From the IMG/VR virus record IMGVR_UViG_3300045988_112757: DNA of 44,311 nucleotides. One strand, written 5' to 3'. Position numbers and translations under genes: made by a program. Each line of letters opens with the position of its first letter. Within the stretch, counting starts at the first letter, position 1. Positions 25,769-34,451 of the stretch are shown piece after piece. The notes under the pieces were generated by a model. The model made no database searches. It was not told the DNA's origin and saw only the letters and a program-made list of their open reading frames with translations. The DNA is from a virus.

Positions 25769-26086
25769 ATGCTGTGGATAGCCCTACTCACTATGGTATG
25801 CGCCACCATTGCGCAACACCTTGGACTGGCTGAAAAGATAGCGCAGATCGGCAGTCAGATCATGGTATGTCCGAAATGCCTCTCTTTCTGGGCCTCGTTA
25901 TTCGTGTTGCTCGTCAATGGATGCAACATACTATGTGCAGTAGGGTTATCCCTGTTTATGGCATACATTGCTAATTGGATTGGATTCGCATATTACGGTG
26001 CGGATAAATTATACGAAATATTATGGCAAAGAACGACAAGAAGTCCGGAACGGAACTCCCCAAAGAAAAGACCGAACCGGCAGTAA
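25769..26086 (+). CDS. Membrane protein (105 aa) with a CPKC motif
   Basis: About 3 TM segments. MVCPKCLSFWASLFVLLV. Confidence 0.65.
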   Translation: MLWIALLTMVCATIAQHLGLAEKIAQIGSQIMVCPKCLSFWASLFVLLVNGCNILCAVGLSLFMAYIANWIGFAYYGADKLYEILWQRTTRSPERNSPKKRPNRQ

Positions 26087-26159
26087 TAATTCAAACGCCG
26101 AATATCGTAGGAGTGTATAAACCGCTCCCGCGCGTGTCGGTGTGTAAAAACTGTTAGAC

Positions 26160-26690
26160 ATGACTTCAATCGAATTAAAGGAACGCTACGAACGGCTGCA
26201 TGACAAGATGGCCGACATGGATGATGAACACGCAAAAAAAGTGTTTGCCGGGGCCCAGATGTGGGCATTCGGAAAAGTGGCGGAATCATCGCCGGCCATT
26301 GCGGAGATATGGCTTGGAAAACTGGAAGCGATATGCTGGAACAACTATCTGTCGGATGCCGAAGCAAAGACGATAGCTTCAAAACTGATCAATCAGGACG
26401 GAAGTACCGGACCCAGATGGAGCAAGGAGGCATTCTTGCAAACCGTCGAAAAACTGGGCGGAGACATCGAAAAAGAACCGTATTACAACGACAATGCCTT
26501 ATGGGTCACGGCTGTAATGATATACAGCGATCATGCCAAGAGCATCGCCGAAGATATGGGGCACGCCTCCCCGTCTGAAATCCCGTCCGAGAAAATGGCG
26601 CTGTCGTGCTACCGGAAAGCCGTGGAAAAACTCTGCGACAAGGACCGGAAGCACTTTATCCGCGAGTATTTCGAAAATGAACTGATTTAA
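26160..26690 (+). CDS. Hypothetical soluble protein (176 aa), last gene of the rightward arm
   Basis: ORF followed directly by the bidirectional terminator. Confidence 0.7.
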   Translation: MTSIELKERYERLHDKMADMDDEHAKKVFAGAQMWAFGKVAESSPAIAEIWLGKLEAICWNNYLSDAEAKTIASKLINQDGSTGPRWSKEAFLQTVEKLGGDIEKEPYYNDNALWVTAVMIYSDHAKSIAEDMGHASPSEIPSEKMALSCYRKAVEKLCDKDRKHFIREYFENELI

Positions 26691-26693
26691 GAA

Positions 26694-26722
26694 AACGTCC
26701 TCGCAAGTAATGCGAGGACGTT
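26694..26722. terminator. Bidirectional terminator where the two arms converge
   Basis: Perfect 12-bp stem AACGTCCTCGCA/TGCGAGGACGTT with a 5-nt loop. T-rich on the plus side (ACTTTATT) and TTTTC on the minus side. Confidence 0.75.
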
Positions 26723-26833
26723 ACTTTATTATGAATGACGAAATGACATACTGGGTATCGCAGCTTGAAATAAACGAGTGCTCGGCGCCGCTGTTCGCTT
26801 TGGTGATCGCAAAGATCATGGAGGTGATGTGAA

Positions 26834-28063
26834 TCAAAACTGCGTCAGCAATGCGGCATTTTTCTCGCGTTCTTCTCGTTCAAAAGAGGCGAGGTAATTT
26901 TCTGTCGTCTTCAAATCCGTGTGTCCGAGGCTTTCCGAAATATAGGCAATACTTGCTCCGGAACGCTTCAATACGGTGGCGAATGAATGGCGAGCCGTAT
27001 ATGTTGAAACCGGCGGCAACCCTAACACCTTAGAAATAGACCTAAATTTACGATTTATACAACTCGTCAGGTCTTTCGCCTTTTGCCGCTGTTCCTCAAT
27101 AGATTCTTTGCCTGTAAGAATCGGGAATATGAAAGCGTCGGGGCTTTCTTTGTTCCCCCATCGTGATATAATATCCTGCATTTGAGGTACAATTATCGCC
27201 CGCACGGCTTTCCGGGACTTTGTGCGGTGCTCCGTCTTTTTCCGTACATAGCTTATTTCCCCGTCCTCAATATCACTATATCGCAACTTTACAAAGTCGG
27301 CAACATTAATCCCATTGCACAAATACATAAACAGCCAATAATCGCGGTATTTTGCCGTTGCTTCGTATCCATCATCATAACGGGCTATCAAGCCTATCTG
27401 CTCCAATGTAAGGGCCAGTTTGCGGCCCTCGCCCTCTTGTATCTCGTAGCGCCCCCGGCCAAATGGATACTGCGCCTCCTTTACAATACCAATAGCCCGG
27501 GCCTGGTTGAATATCGACCGCAGAGCACGCATATATATCGCAATAGTTGTCTGTCCCTTACCCGAAGCGCGCATAAACTCTTCAAATCGACGCAGCCATG
27601 AAATAGAAACATCTATATATTGTACCTCCCGCTTTGAAAAAGCATTCATCGACAGCAACAACGCACGCAGAATATCCGCCGTGCCTATGTGGGATGTTTT
27701 CCGCAATTCCTGCTCTTTGATTTGAATGGCCGCATTTACTGAAGTAGCACCGGCCCCTTTCAAACGAGCGCTTAACAATTCGAGTGTAAAACAACCTTTA
27801 GACGTTAAATCTTCGACAGCTTGTCGAACCAATTCAAAACTATTTTCTATATCTTTGCGAACGGATACAAGCGAGTGGAGGCGCGTTGCGTTCAGTCGCT
27901 CCCAGTCGTCGGGCATCATACTCTTACCGGTTGGGTAGTACGAGCGCACACGACGATACGATACCCGGATACGCACGGGATATTGGCCGTTTGCCAACGC
28001 CCGGCGCGTGTCGAGAATGGTGGCTACCGTCACGCCATCCTTTGAGTAGTAGTGGTTGTTCAT
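26834..28063 (-). CDS. int: Tyrosine recombinase / phage integrase
   Basis: 409 aa. C-terminal catalytic region ...YTARHSFATVLKRSGASIAYISESLGHTDLKTTENYL (R..HxxR..Y pattern). N-terminal arm-type domain typical of Bacteroidota integrases. Confidence 0.95.
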   Translation of the reverse strand: MNNHYYSKDGVTVATILDTRRALANGQYPVRIRVSYRRVRSYYPTGKSMMPDDWERLNATRLHSLVSVRKDIENSFELVRQAVEDLTSKGCFTLELLSARLKGAGATSVNAAIQIKEQELRKTSHIGTADILRALLLSMNAFSKREVQYIDVSISWLRRFEEFMRASGKGQTTIAIYMRALRSIFNQARAIGIVKEAQYPFGRGRYEIQEGEGRKLALTLEQIGLIARYDDGYEATAKYRDYWLFMYLCNGINVADFVKLRYSDIEDGEISYVRKKTEHRTKSRKAVRAIIVPQMQDIISRWGNKESPDAFIFPILTGKESIEEQRQKAKDLTSCINRKFRSISKVLGLPPVSTYTARHSFATVLKRSGASIAYISESLGHTDLKTTENYLASFEREEREKNAALLTQF

Positions 28064-28108
28064 TGCACATTATTTGCACACACATTAGTTATTGCGTGCA
28101 AAGCTATG

Positions 28109-28140
28109 CAAAGATATGAAAAAGAAAATTGTCCGGCAAG
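28109..28140 (-). promoter_or_regulatory. Candidate integrase promoter (-7 TATCTTTG at 28116-28109; a second box TAGCTTTG at 28106-28099; weak -33 CTTG at 28140-28137)
   Basis: Two tandem TAnnTTTG matches on the minus strand, 40-50 nt upstream of the int ATG. Confidence 0.35.
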
Positions 28141-28209
28141 TGTTGCCGGAAACGGCATGAAAAGCTATGAAAAACTATGAAAACCAACAAAATACGCATG
28201 GCATGCAAG

Positions 28210-28239
28210 AGGTCACGAGTTCGAATCTCGTATTCTCCA
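28210..28239 (+). other. attP core candidate: 3' end of a tRNA (T arm plus acceptor 3' strand) with no 5' half
   Basis: GGTC ACGAG TTCGAAT CTCGT ATTCTCC A. No matching GGAGAAT 5' acceptor strand lies upstream. Located between xis and int. Confidence 0.6.
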
Positions 28240-28252
28240 CAATTAAAAATCA

Positions 28253-28286
28253 AGGAGTTACAACATTTTGTAACTCCTATTTTTTT
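28253..28286 (+). terminator. Rho-independent terminator following the tRNA fragment
   Basis: 10-bp stem AGGAGTTACA/TGTAACTCCT, 6-nt loop, then ATTTTTTT. Confidence 0.8.
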
Positions 28287-28372
28287 GCCGTTGCTCACAC
28301 AATTTGCGCCTATCTATAAAAATAGACACAAAAAAATCCCGACCAGCCAAGACTGGCGGCGGGATAATGATT

Positions 28373-28726
28373 CTACAAATTAGTCCCCCGATTTTCTTTC
28401 CGCATCGCACTTTCCGCTAACAATTTTCCCGCATTCGCCCGCGATACATCATGCTCGATCTGCTGATCCACCCATTCCTGCAAATCAGACTTCGGAAAAT
28501 TCAGTTTGCCGTTAATCTTGACAGACGGTATCTCGCCCGAGGCGGCCAACTTGTGAAGTTTGCTGACCGTTGTTTCATATCCGAGCCCCTGAAGAAATGC
28601 GAGAGCCTCGTCCTTTGTCAGGCGCTCTTTCGTGTGATAAGTTTGGGCGGCTATCAAGCGTTTGAAACAGTCCTCCGTAGCCTCGAATACCCACTTGCGA
28701 ATTTCATTCTTTGTAATTGCTCCCAT
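28373..28726 (-). CDS. xis: HTH_17 / excisionase-family DNA-binding protein (117 aa), Xis candidate
   Basis: Internal ATG of track ORF 28373..28888. LTKDEALAFLQGLGYETTVSKLHKLAASGEIPSVKINGKLNFPKSDLQEWV. Adjacent to attP and int. Confidence 0.6.
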   Translation of the reverse strand: MGAITKNEIRKWVFEATEDCFKRLIAAQTYHTKERLTKDEALAFLQGLGYETTVSKLHKLAASGEIPSVKINGKLNFPKSDLQEWVDQQIEHDVSRANAGKLLAESAMRKENRGTNL

Positions 28727-28733
28727 ACCTATA

Positions 28734-28979
28734 TTAGAATAAAGGCAGTTCTTGCTGCCATCCGTCAATATGTTCCCGTAAAATCTTTTTGAAGGTTCGC
28801 CATAAATGCGGCAATGACCTATGTTTTTTGAAGTGATATTTGAACTCGTGGTCGTATTTGGCCCCGAGTTTCCGATCCGTGTCCACAATAAGCTGCATCA
28901 ACCGCCCCCTCGAATAGCTTATATGGACCTCGGAATCGTCCCGCTGGCCGCCTCTGCGTTTTTCTTTCTGCTCACCCAT
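28734..28979 (-). CDS. Hypothetical basic protein (81 aa)
   Basis: ORF ending 8 nt upstream of the Xis-candidate ATG. Confidence 0.5.
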   Translation of the reverse strand: MGEQKEKRRGGQRDDSEVHISYSRGRLMQLIVDTDRKLGAKYDHEFKYHFKKHRSLPHLWRTFKKILREHIDGWQQELPLF

Positions 28980-29049
28980 TGTTTCCCCGAATTAATCACT
29001 ACCTTTACGTTGTGAGCGTAGGGGGTGATCTTTCGGGATTGCCTCTTTT

Positions 29050-29532
29050 TTATTTCGTATCCGTTTTCTCCAGTTCTTCAATCAGGGCGTCGGCGAATAC
29101 GCAAGCCATATCTGCAACCCCATCTTCGGCGATAGGGGCATTCATATCCAATGCAGACACAATCCCCTGCATCGCCTGCCCGGCATACACCCGCCGCCAG
29201 TACTCGCGGTCAGTATTTAAGTTTTGCTTAATAGTCGGCCCGACCATTTTGCGAGCGTCAGCAATATGGTCATACCCTCCCCTCTCCAGCTTCTCCAGAT
29301 AGTCGTCGTCTCGCATCATCAGGTCTTGACTACACTTTGTATTGGCCGGAAGCCAGCCCCCGTCATCTCGATATGATTGTGGTGTTTCTTTGCCAGACAC
29401 GGAATCTCGTACCATAGCTACTATTGAAAATAACGGATTATCTACATTGAAGCAAACAATACGTGCTTTACAGCCGCACCTCGTGCACACAGCCGCACCT
29501 CGCTTGGCAGCCTCCAAATCGAAATTCTTCAT
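29050..29532 (-). CDS. Hypothetical early protein (160 aa)
   Basis: ORF 4 nt downstream of the HNH gene. Confidence 0.65.
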   Translation of the reverse strand: MKNFDLEAAKRGAAVCTRCGCKARIVCFNVDNPLFSIVAMVRDSVSGKETPQSYRDDGGWLPANTKCSQDLMMRDDDYLEKLERGGYDHIADARKMVGPTIKQNLNTDREYWRRVYAGQAMQGIVSALDMNAPIAEDGVADMACVFADALIEELEKTDTK

Positions 29533-29535
29533 GGT

Positions 29536-30093
29536 CTATTCAGTTTTAAGTAGTTCCGGATTGTCGTGGATAAAGTCTTCGTAACGCTGTTTAACGCATC
29601 CCCAATCCAATCGGAAATGCAACGATATTTGATTGAACGATAACCCCTCCACACGCATTTCGTACACTTGTTTTGGCGTTACATCGCCTCTATGTGGCCT
29701 TGTTCTGCAACCTTTCCGTCTGCGGTTTGCCTCTATTGTCTGCCTAATGGCATTAGTAGATGGTTTTCGCCCTTTATTGTGCCTCGAAAGGTGTATTCGG
29801 GGCTCAACACATGCAATGTTTTCGGCTCTATCATCCATTTTGTTGCCGTTAATATGGTGAAAATGTTTGTTGCATCTCCGTACTCCAATGAGATATAAGC
29901 CTATAAGGCGATGGATGTGAATTTTATCTCTACCGATTGCAACAGCGGCATAATTACCATGCAGAAATACTTTTTTACTCTGTTGCATATGAGTAGTTGA
30001 ATACCAAGTAATTGCGTTTTTCAGCAAATCATCATCATAGATAGCTCCACAGCTATTTATGAGTCGTATATCCTTTTGATGTTTTAGTGTCAT
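29536..30093 (-). CDS. HNH endonuclease
   Basis: 185 aa. HIHRLIG...HHINGNKMDDRAENIACVEPRIHLSRHN. Confidence 0.8.
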   Translation of the reverse strand: MTLKHQKDIRLINSCGAIYDDDLLKNAITWYSTTHMQQSKKVFLHGNYAAVAIGRDKIHIHRLIGLYLIGVRRCNKHFHHINGNKMDDRAENIACVEPRIHLSRHNKGRKPSTNAIRQTIEANRRRKGCRTRPHRGDVTPKQVYEMRVEGLSFNQISLHFRLDWGCVKQRYEDFIHDNPELLKTE

Positions 30094-30494
30094 TTTAGCA
30101 AATGTCTGTTATCATGTATGTTGCCGATAATATCACATCCATACCCACTTTCTTCGTTTTCAGTTAAGGCATGAAGCGGGAAGCCGCCGAAAATTCCTTT
30201 GTTGCACTCCTCTACGGACGCGTAGAACATTCCAATCCAGAACTTGACCACATACAACCTGCCGTCGCGTGCGCTTTTCAAAATATCCCCCTCGTAAATC
30301 TCCTTGCCGTTCTTGTCTTTCAGCCCCGTGTACTGGCCGACGGTGACGGGATCAACCTCTCGGACAGCTTCGCCAGATTCGTAGGGCACGATTTGATGTG
30401 CTATACTTAGATCTCTGTTTTCTGCTTTAATATAGCTGCCGACTACCCACTCCCCATTGTCGAGGCGCTTGCCCCGGAATTTAATTTCTCGCAT
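30090..30494 (-). CDS. YopX family protein
   Basis: 134 aa. MREIKFRGKRLDNGEWV...VGQYTGLKDKNGKEIYEGDI...IIGNIHDN is the classic YopX pattern. Confidence 0.9.
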   Translation of the reverse strand: MREIKFRGKRLDNGEWVVGSYIKAENRDLSIAHQIVPYESGEAVREVDPVTVGQYTGLKDKNGKEIYEGDILKSARDGRLYVVKFWIGMFYASVEECNKGIFGGFPLHALTENEESGYGCDIIGNIHDNRHLLK

Positions 30495-30601
30495 AATTAT
30501 CTCATTTTACTATTTTCACATTCTATTCCGCCCCACGATAACCGCCTGCGTCAAGCCGTAGCGGTCGTTAAACATTATCTTTTTCATGGCTTACATTGAT
30601 A

Positions 30602-30847
30602 TTAATTGTACCACTTCGGTTTTGGGAATCTTGTGGTGAAGGTTATTTCATTCACTTCTTCGCATTCGATCATATAAGCCTCCGGCCATAAATCATTTAT
30701 TTGCTCGGCATTTTCGGCATAGGCGACAATAACGAAAGATTCGACGCTTTCGCCCGTACACCAATACGGATACTTGATTGGCCATTTAACTGGCCGATAA
30801 TCGTTACCGCAATCTTTGAATTTGATATAGAATCTTGCTCGTATCAT
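30602..30847 (-). CDS. Hypothetical protein (81 aa)
   Basis: 4-nt overlap with the upstream gene. Confidence 0.6.
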   Translation of the reverse strand: MIRARFYIKFKDCGNDYRPVKWPIKYPYWCTGESVESFVIVAYAENAEQINDLWPEAYMIECEEVNEITFTTRFPKPKWYN

Positions 30848-31272
30848 TTCTCCCTCTTTTTGAAATGTTCGATAATCTCTGCGACCGTGGCCTTGTGAAA
30901 AACACTCGGAAAAAATGTCGTATGGTCCATCGTGTCACGTTTGATCACCCAATCTCCCTGTCTAAGATCGCACCAATACGGAACGTCGCAGACATACCAT
31001 TGGTTCAAATCGTTCTCGTCGTTCATCGCCGCCAACGCCTTGAACAGCTCGATGTTTTCGCCACAGTCTATGTCAGTTTTGCGGACTTGTTTACACGGAT
31101 AGCCAACTGCCTTATCGACACCTTTAGGCGTAGTCCAACATCGGATAATTTTAATGCAGTTTCCCCATAGGAAATCGCAAGAACCATAGCCAATACATTT
31201 TAACCAAACAAGCAACTCGTCTCTCTTCTCCGCATCCTCGACGCGGACAAAGCACGGGGTGGTAAATTTCAT
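30844..31272 (-). CDS. Hypothetical protein (142 aa)
   Basis: ATG at 31272 forms an ATGA overlap with the upstream stop. The track ORF extends to 31314. Confidence 0.65.
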   Translation of the reverse strand: MKFTTPCFVRVEDAEKRDELLVWLKCIGYGSCDFLWGNCIKIIRCWTTPKGVDKAVGYPCKQVRKTDIDCGENIELFKALAAMNDENDLNQWYVCDVPYWCDLRQGDWVIKRDTMDHTTFFPSVFHKATVAEIIEHFKKREK

Positions 31273-31535
31273 TCCTCGTTCTGCTTTTGAATGAATCTCG
31301 CTTTTGCTCCGCATCCGATATTGCCATCAGCCCCAAACGAGCACCCTTTGGGACAATTCGCGGCACAAAACGCCTCAATCGCTTTCTCACGCATCCGCTC
31401 CTCGGCTTCCTGCTCGGCAATCTCTGCGATCTCTTTGAAAAGACGACAATATTCCGCAGTTTCATCGGCTTGATAAGGCGCCGAAAAGGCTTGCCGATAC
31501 CTTTCAATAGCTTCTTTGGCTTTTTGACTTTTCAT
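31269..31535 (-). CDS. Hypothetical Cys-containing protein (88 aa)
   Basis: ORF in the early operon. Confidence 0.6.
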   Translation of the reverse strand: MKSQKAKEAIERYRQAFSAPYQADETAEYCRLFKEIAEIAEQEAEERMREKAIEAFCAANCPKGCSFGADGNIGCGAKARFIQKQNEE

Positions 31536-31538
31536 ATT

Positions 31539-32039
31539 CTATCTGGCTGTCTTATTGAAAATTTCAAACAACGGATTATAGACATCCGCAAATCGTTTTC
31601 GCTGCTCCCGATCGGTCAATGTGTTTGCAAACTTATGGGCGACGATACGTTTCTTTGCATCCCATATTATCCGGGCCTTATCGACACCGGGGACGAAAAA
31701 CGTATTCGGGTACTTGCGCCATTGAATCAATGCTCCGGATTCAACCAATGCGAGCATTTCCGCCGGAAGCGTTTCTTTCACCGTCTCGACATGGAGTATT
31801 TTCCCGCGTTCACGCTCGATTGCAGCCTCCGTTTTTTCGATTTCCCCCTGTAAACGTCGGAGTGATTCGTTTTGCCGATCCCATTTATCGAGTGTAGCGT
31901 GGCCGTTGCGTTTGTCGTTCAATGGCTGACCGTTAGTTTGTTTAACAGTGTCAAAATGGTTTTGCAGCCTGCGATCGAAAAGTTGCTGTTTCTTTTTCAA
32001 CGATTCTTCGAGGATTTCAAGGCGTTTTGTCGGTTTCAT
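31539..32039 (-). CDS. Hypothetical protein (166 aa)
   Basis: ORF in the early operon. Confidence 0.65.
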   Translation of the reverse strand: MKPTKRLEILEESLKKKQQLFDRRLQNHFDTVKQTNGQPLNDKRNGHATLDKWDRQNESLRRLQGEIEKTEAAIERERGKILHVETVKETLPAEMLALVESGALIQWRKYPNTFFVPGVDKARIIWDAKKRIVAHKFANTLTDREQRKRFADVYNPLFEIFNKTAR

Positions 32040-32042
32040 GGC

Positions 32043-32204
32043 TCAATCATTTTTATCGTTATCGTCATCGGGATAGCTCACATCCTCATAATTCACGCAG
32101 AAGTCGAAGCCCGGATCATCGTCGAATACTCCTTTGGCTCGGCATTCTTCGTACTTTCGGCAGTTATAGCAATGACATTCATTTATTGGTCTGTTGATCT
32201 TCAT
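32043..32204 (-). CDS. Small Cys-motif acidic protein (53 aa)
   Basis: MKINRPINECHCYNCRKYEECRAKG... It fills the gap between Dam and the next gene and is below the track cutoff. Confidence 0.45.
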   Translation of the reverse strand: MKINRPINECHCYNCRKYEECRAKGVFDDDPGFDFCVNYEDVSYPDDDNDKND

Positions 32205-32230
32205 TTTTTCCTTCCTTTTAACCTCATAAA

Positions 32231-32653
32231 TCAGAATACTACAACCATGCTTGGGAACGGTGCATTATTTTTTGCTCCGCCAAACTTTAACCGTCCTCGA
32301 ATAAATCGAATCTCTTTCGCTTTACGATAAATAAACTCGTGAAAATAACGTGTATCCGTTCGCGCCGGAATAAGGGCGACTACGATTGTTCCTGGCTTGC
32401 GCGATTCTTCATAGCACTTTTTTACCCAGTCACAAATACTCCTTCCATAAGGCGGGTTACAAAAAACAATTTCACCGGCCCAATTCTGCAATAACCCATC
32501 ATCGTGTTTTGTGTAAAACTTCGCGCACTTCGCATTATCCGGACACGCGCAGGGGTCGAGAGTAAAACGAAACTCCGCATTGAGTTTGTCGAAGAAGTCC
32601 TGTGGAGTAGCCCACAAATCTGTTGCACTTGAAAACATTACATTTGTATTCAT
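32231..32653 (-). CDS. dam: DNA N6-adenine methyltransferase (phage Dam family)
   Basis: 140 aa. ATDLWATPQDFFDKLNAEFRFTLDPCA ... FCNPPYG (NPPY catalytic motif). Confidence 0.9.
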   Translation of the reverse strand: MNTNVMFSSATDLWATPQDFFDKLNAEFRFTLDPCACPDNAKCAKFYTKHDDGLLQNWAGEIVFCNPPYGRSICDWVKKCYEESRKPGTIVVALIPARTDTRYFHEFIYRKAKEIRFIRGRLKFGGAKNNAPFPSMVVVF

Positions 32654-32811
32654 TTTCTCTTTCCTTTTAACTCCGCAACGCGGCGGAGGATATGGTTCTG
32701 CTGTATTTGTTTTGGGGATTCTATTGATCCCGCGGCAAGATGGTACGTCGAATATGCGTAGTAGTATTCAGATGCTTCCCGCCGCAGTCGTTTCAGTAGG
32801 CGTGTTTTCAT
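32650..32811 (-). CDS. Small basic protein (53 aa)
   Basis: ATGA overlaps at both ends, with 32808..33128 and with dam. Below the track cutoff. Confidence 0.45.
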   Translation of the reverse strand: MKTRLLKRLRREASEYYYAYSTYHLAAGSIESPKQIQQNHILRRVAELKGKRK

Positions 32812-33128
32812 TTCAATTCAAATTGCATTTGTTTATTGCGAAAACCTGCTCCCATACAAGCCAAACCGATGTCATTGTTCGAGAATGTCGTTATTGGATT
32901 CACCGTGCAAGGGAGCGACTGAAATAGGCACCAATCCCCATCGCAATGTTCACAATTAAGGCAATATTCCTCGGGGGTACCCCACCACTCAATCCTTTCG
33001 GGATAACCGCTTTCACAACTCAACTTTTTCCATGCTTCCCAGCGTTCACGGCGTAGTTTATCCGACATGTCGGCTTTATGCTCTCCGAACAATTCGGCCC
33101 ATCGAATACCTAATGTTACCGGTTTCAT
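32808..33128 (-). CDS. Hypothetical Cys-rich protein (106 aa)
   Basis: ATGA overlap with the upstream gene. Confidence 0.6.
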   Translation of the reverse strand: MKPVTLGIRWAELFGEHKADMSDKLRRERWEAWKKLSCESGYPERIEWWGTPEEYCLNCEHCDGDWCLFQSLPCTVNPITTFSNNDIGLACMGAGFRNKQMQFELK

Positions 33129-33511
33129 CGTTTAATCAACTTTGCATGTAAACCATCAATCTCATACTCCCGGTAGCATTTATCGCAGATAATTGGCCCA
33201 TCCTCATAAACAGGGTCTCCCAATTCTTCCCAATCGTCAGTATAATTAATGCCCCTCGCCTGAATCCCATTTCCGCAAATGCACGTAAACTCACAGACGA
33301 CTTTATACTTAATATCTTCCACATGAATGTATACATCCAACCGGCCATCATTGGCGGCCTTTTCCCGTTGTATACGTTCGCGCTCGATCTTCTGCAAAAG
33401 CGCGATTTGTTCGGGATTGCCGATTTCAGGTTTTACCTCTACATCCCCGCGCATAAATTTGCCATTCACGAGGCGCAACGGCCGCTCAATGCTTGTTACC
33501 TGATCTTTCAT
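33125..33511 (-). CDS. Hypothetical Cys-rich protein (128 aa)
   Basis: CEFTCICGNG ... ICDKCYREY. The start overlaps the dcm 3' end by 26 nt. Confidence 0.6.
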   Translation of the reverse strand: MKDQVTSIERPLRLVNGKFMRGDVEVKPEIGNPEQIALLQKIERERIQREKAANDGRLDVYIHVEDIKYKVVCEFTCICGNGIQARGINYTDDWEELGDPVYEDGPIICDKCYREYEIDGLHAKLIKR

Positions 33512-34451
33512 AATTTTCGTACTTATTTATCGTTTCGAATATCTGCAAGGCCACCTGCGGAACTATGGCGTTGCCGCATGCTTTGATGGATTCTCTGCAC
33601 CACGCAGGAAAGGAGAGATCAGCCAGCTCGCCGGGAAACCCATCATTTCGATCACATACCGGGGATTCAGTCGGGAAGTCGTCCCAGCCTGGTATTCGTC
33701 GCTTTGCATTACCATTCTGGGCAATCCGCTCTTGCATTTGACTTGGCTGGCCGGGAGACTGGAATTCGTGGCATCGTTGGCCGTAGGCATCGGCAACAGT
33801 CCCATTCGAGCCGCCAGTGCGATTGTCGGTCGGTCGGCAGCTCCCGGAGACAGACTCCGGTTGATACGCCCCGATCCGGCATCTATTGCAGTCGGCGTCG
33901 GCAGCAACTCCAACGGCATGAACACCATCTTGCCCTTCTCGCATTGTTTCAATACCTGCGTCTGTACGGTAGGCAACAAACCAGCATCTGTCCCGTCGGT
34001 GGGGAGCGCCGACACCGCAAGCCGGTATAATGTACGGCTGCACTTCGTATCCTGCCGCCTCCAGGTCAGAGCACACCTGCTCGAAGACCATTCCTTCCGA
34101 CCAATTAACAATTCCGAAAACGTTCTCGCCCACGACCCAACGGGGTCGAACAGTCCGAATAACCCGCAGCATCTCCGGCCAGAGGTAGCGGTCGTCCTCC
34201 GTGCCTTTGCGCTTGCCCGCGAGGCTGAACGGCTGGCAGGGGAATCCGCCGCTGAGCACGTCGATACGATCTCGCCAAATGGTAAAGTCTGCTGTTCGTA
34301 TGTCTCCATATTGTTCTGCATCGGGAAAATGGTATTTCAGTACGCTGCGGCAAAACGGGTCGATCTCGCAGTTGAAGGCGTTCGTCCAGCCAGCCCACTC
34401 GGCCGCCAGATCGAAGCCGCCGATGCCGCTGAAAAGGGAAGCGTGTGTCAT
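33486..34451 (-). CDS. dcm: DNA (cytosine-5)-methyltransferase
   Basis: Motifs FSGIGGFDLA (I), GGFPCQPFS (IV), GENV (VI) and GNAIVPQVA (X). The ATG at 34451 forms an ATGA overlap with the upstream gene. An ATG at 34457 is also possible. Confidence 0.9.
   Translation of the reverse strand: MTHASLFSGIGGFDLAAEWAGWTNAFNCEIDPFCRSVLKYHFPDAEQYGDIRTADFTIWRDRIDVLSGGFPCQPFSLAGKRKGTEDDRYLWPEMLRVIRTVRPRWVVGENVFGIVNWSEGMVFEQVCSDLEAAGYEVQPYIIPACGVGAPHRRDRCWFVAYRTDAGIETMREGQDGVHAVGVAADADCNRCRIGAYQPESVSGSCRPTDNRTGGSNGTVADAYGQRCHEFQSPGQPSQMQERIAQNGNAKRRIPGWDDFPTESPVCDRNDGFPGELADLSFPAWCRESIKACGNAIVPQVALQIFETINKYENYERSGNKH

Noticed and set aside
5344-26690. Stop-codon reassignment to explain the CUA-containing tRNA loops
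   Set aside because: All structural and early genes are intact under the standard code. TAA, TGA and TAG all terminate well-delimited genes, and TAG ends at least five of them. Reading through the TAG stops adds only short extensions with no protein-like character.
26731-26832. 33-aa plus-strand ORF between the bidirectional terminator and the int stop
   Set aside because: It lies downstream of a strong terminator with no promoter, and it is short. It is probably chance.
28980-29049. Plus-strand near-consensus box TACCTTTA at about 29001
   Set aside because: The last base departs from TTTG, and there is no plus-strand gene downstream.
30516-30587. 23-aa minus-strand ORF (MKKIMFNDRYGLTQAVIVGRNRM) in the gap before yopX
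   Set aside because: It is too short to support. It may be the N-terminal remnant of a truncated gene, but this cannot be shown without homologues.
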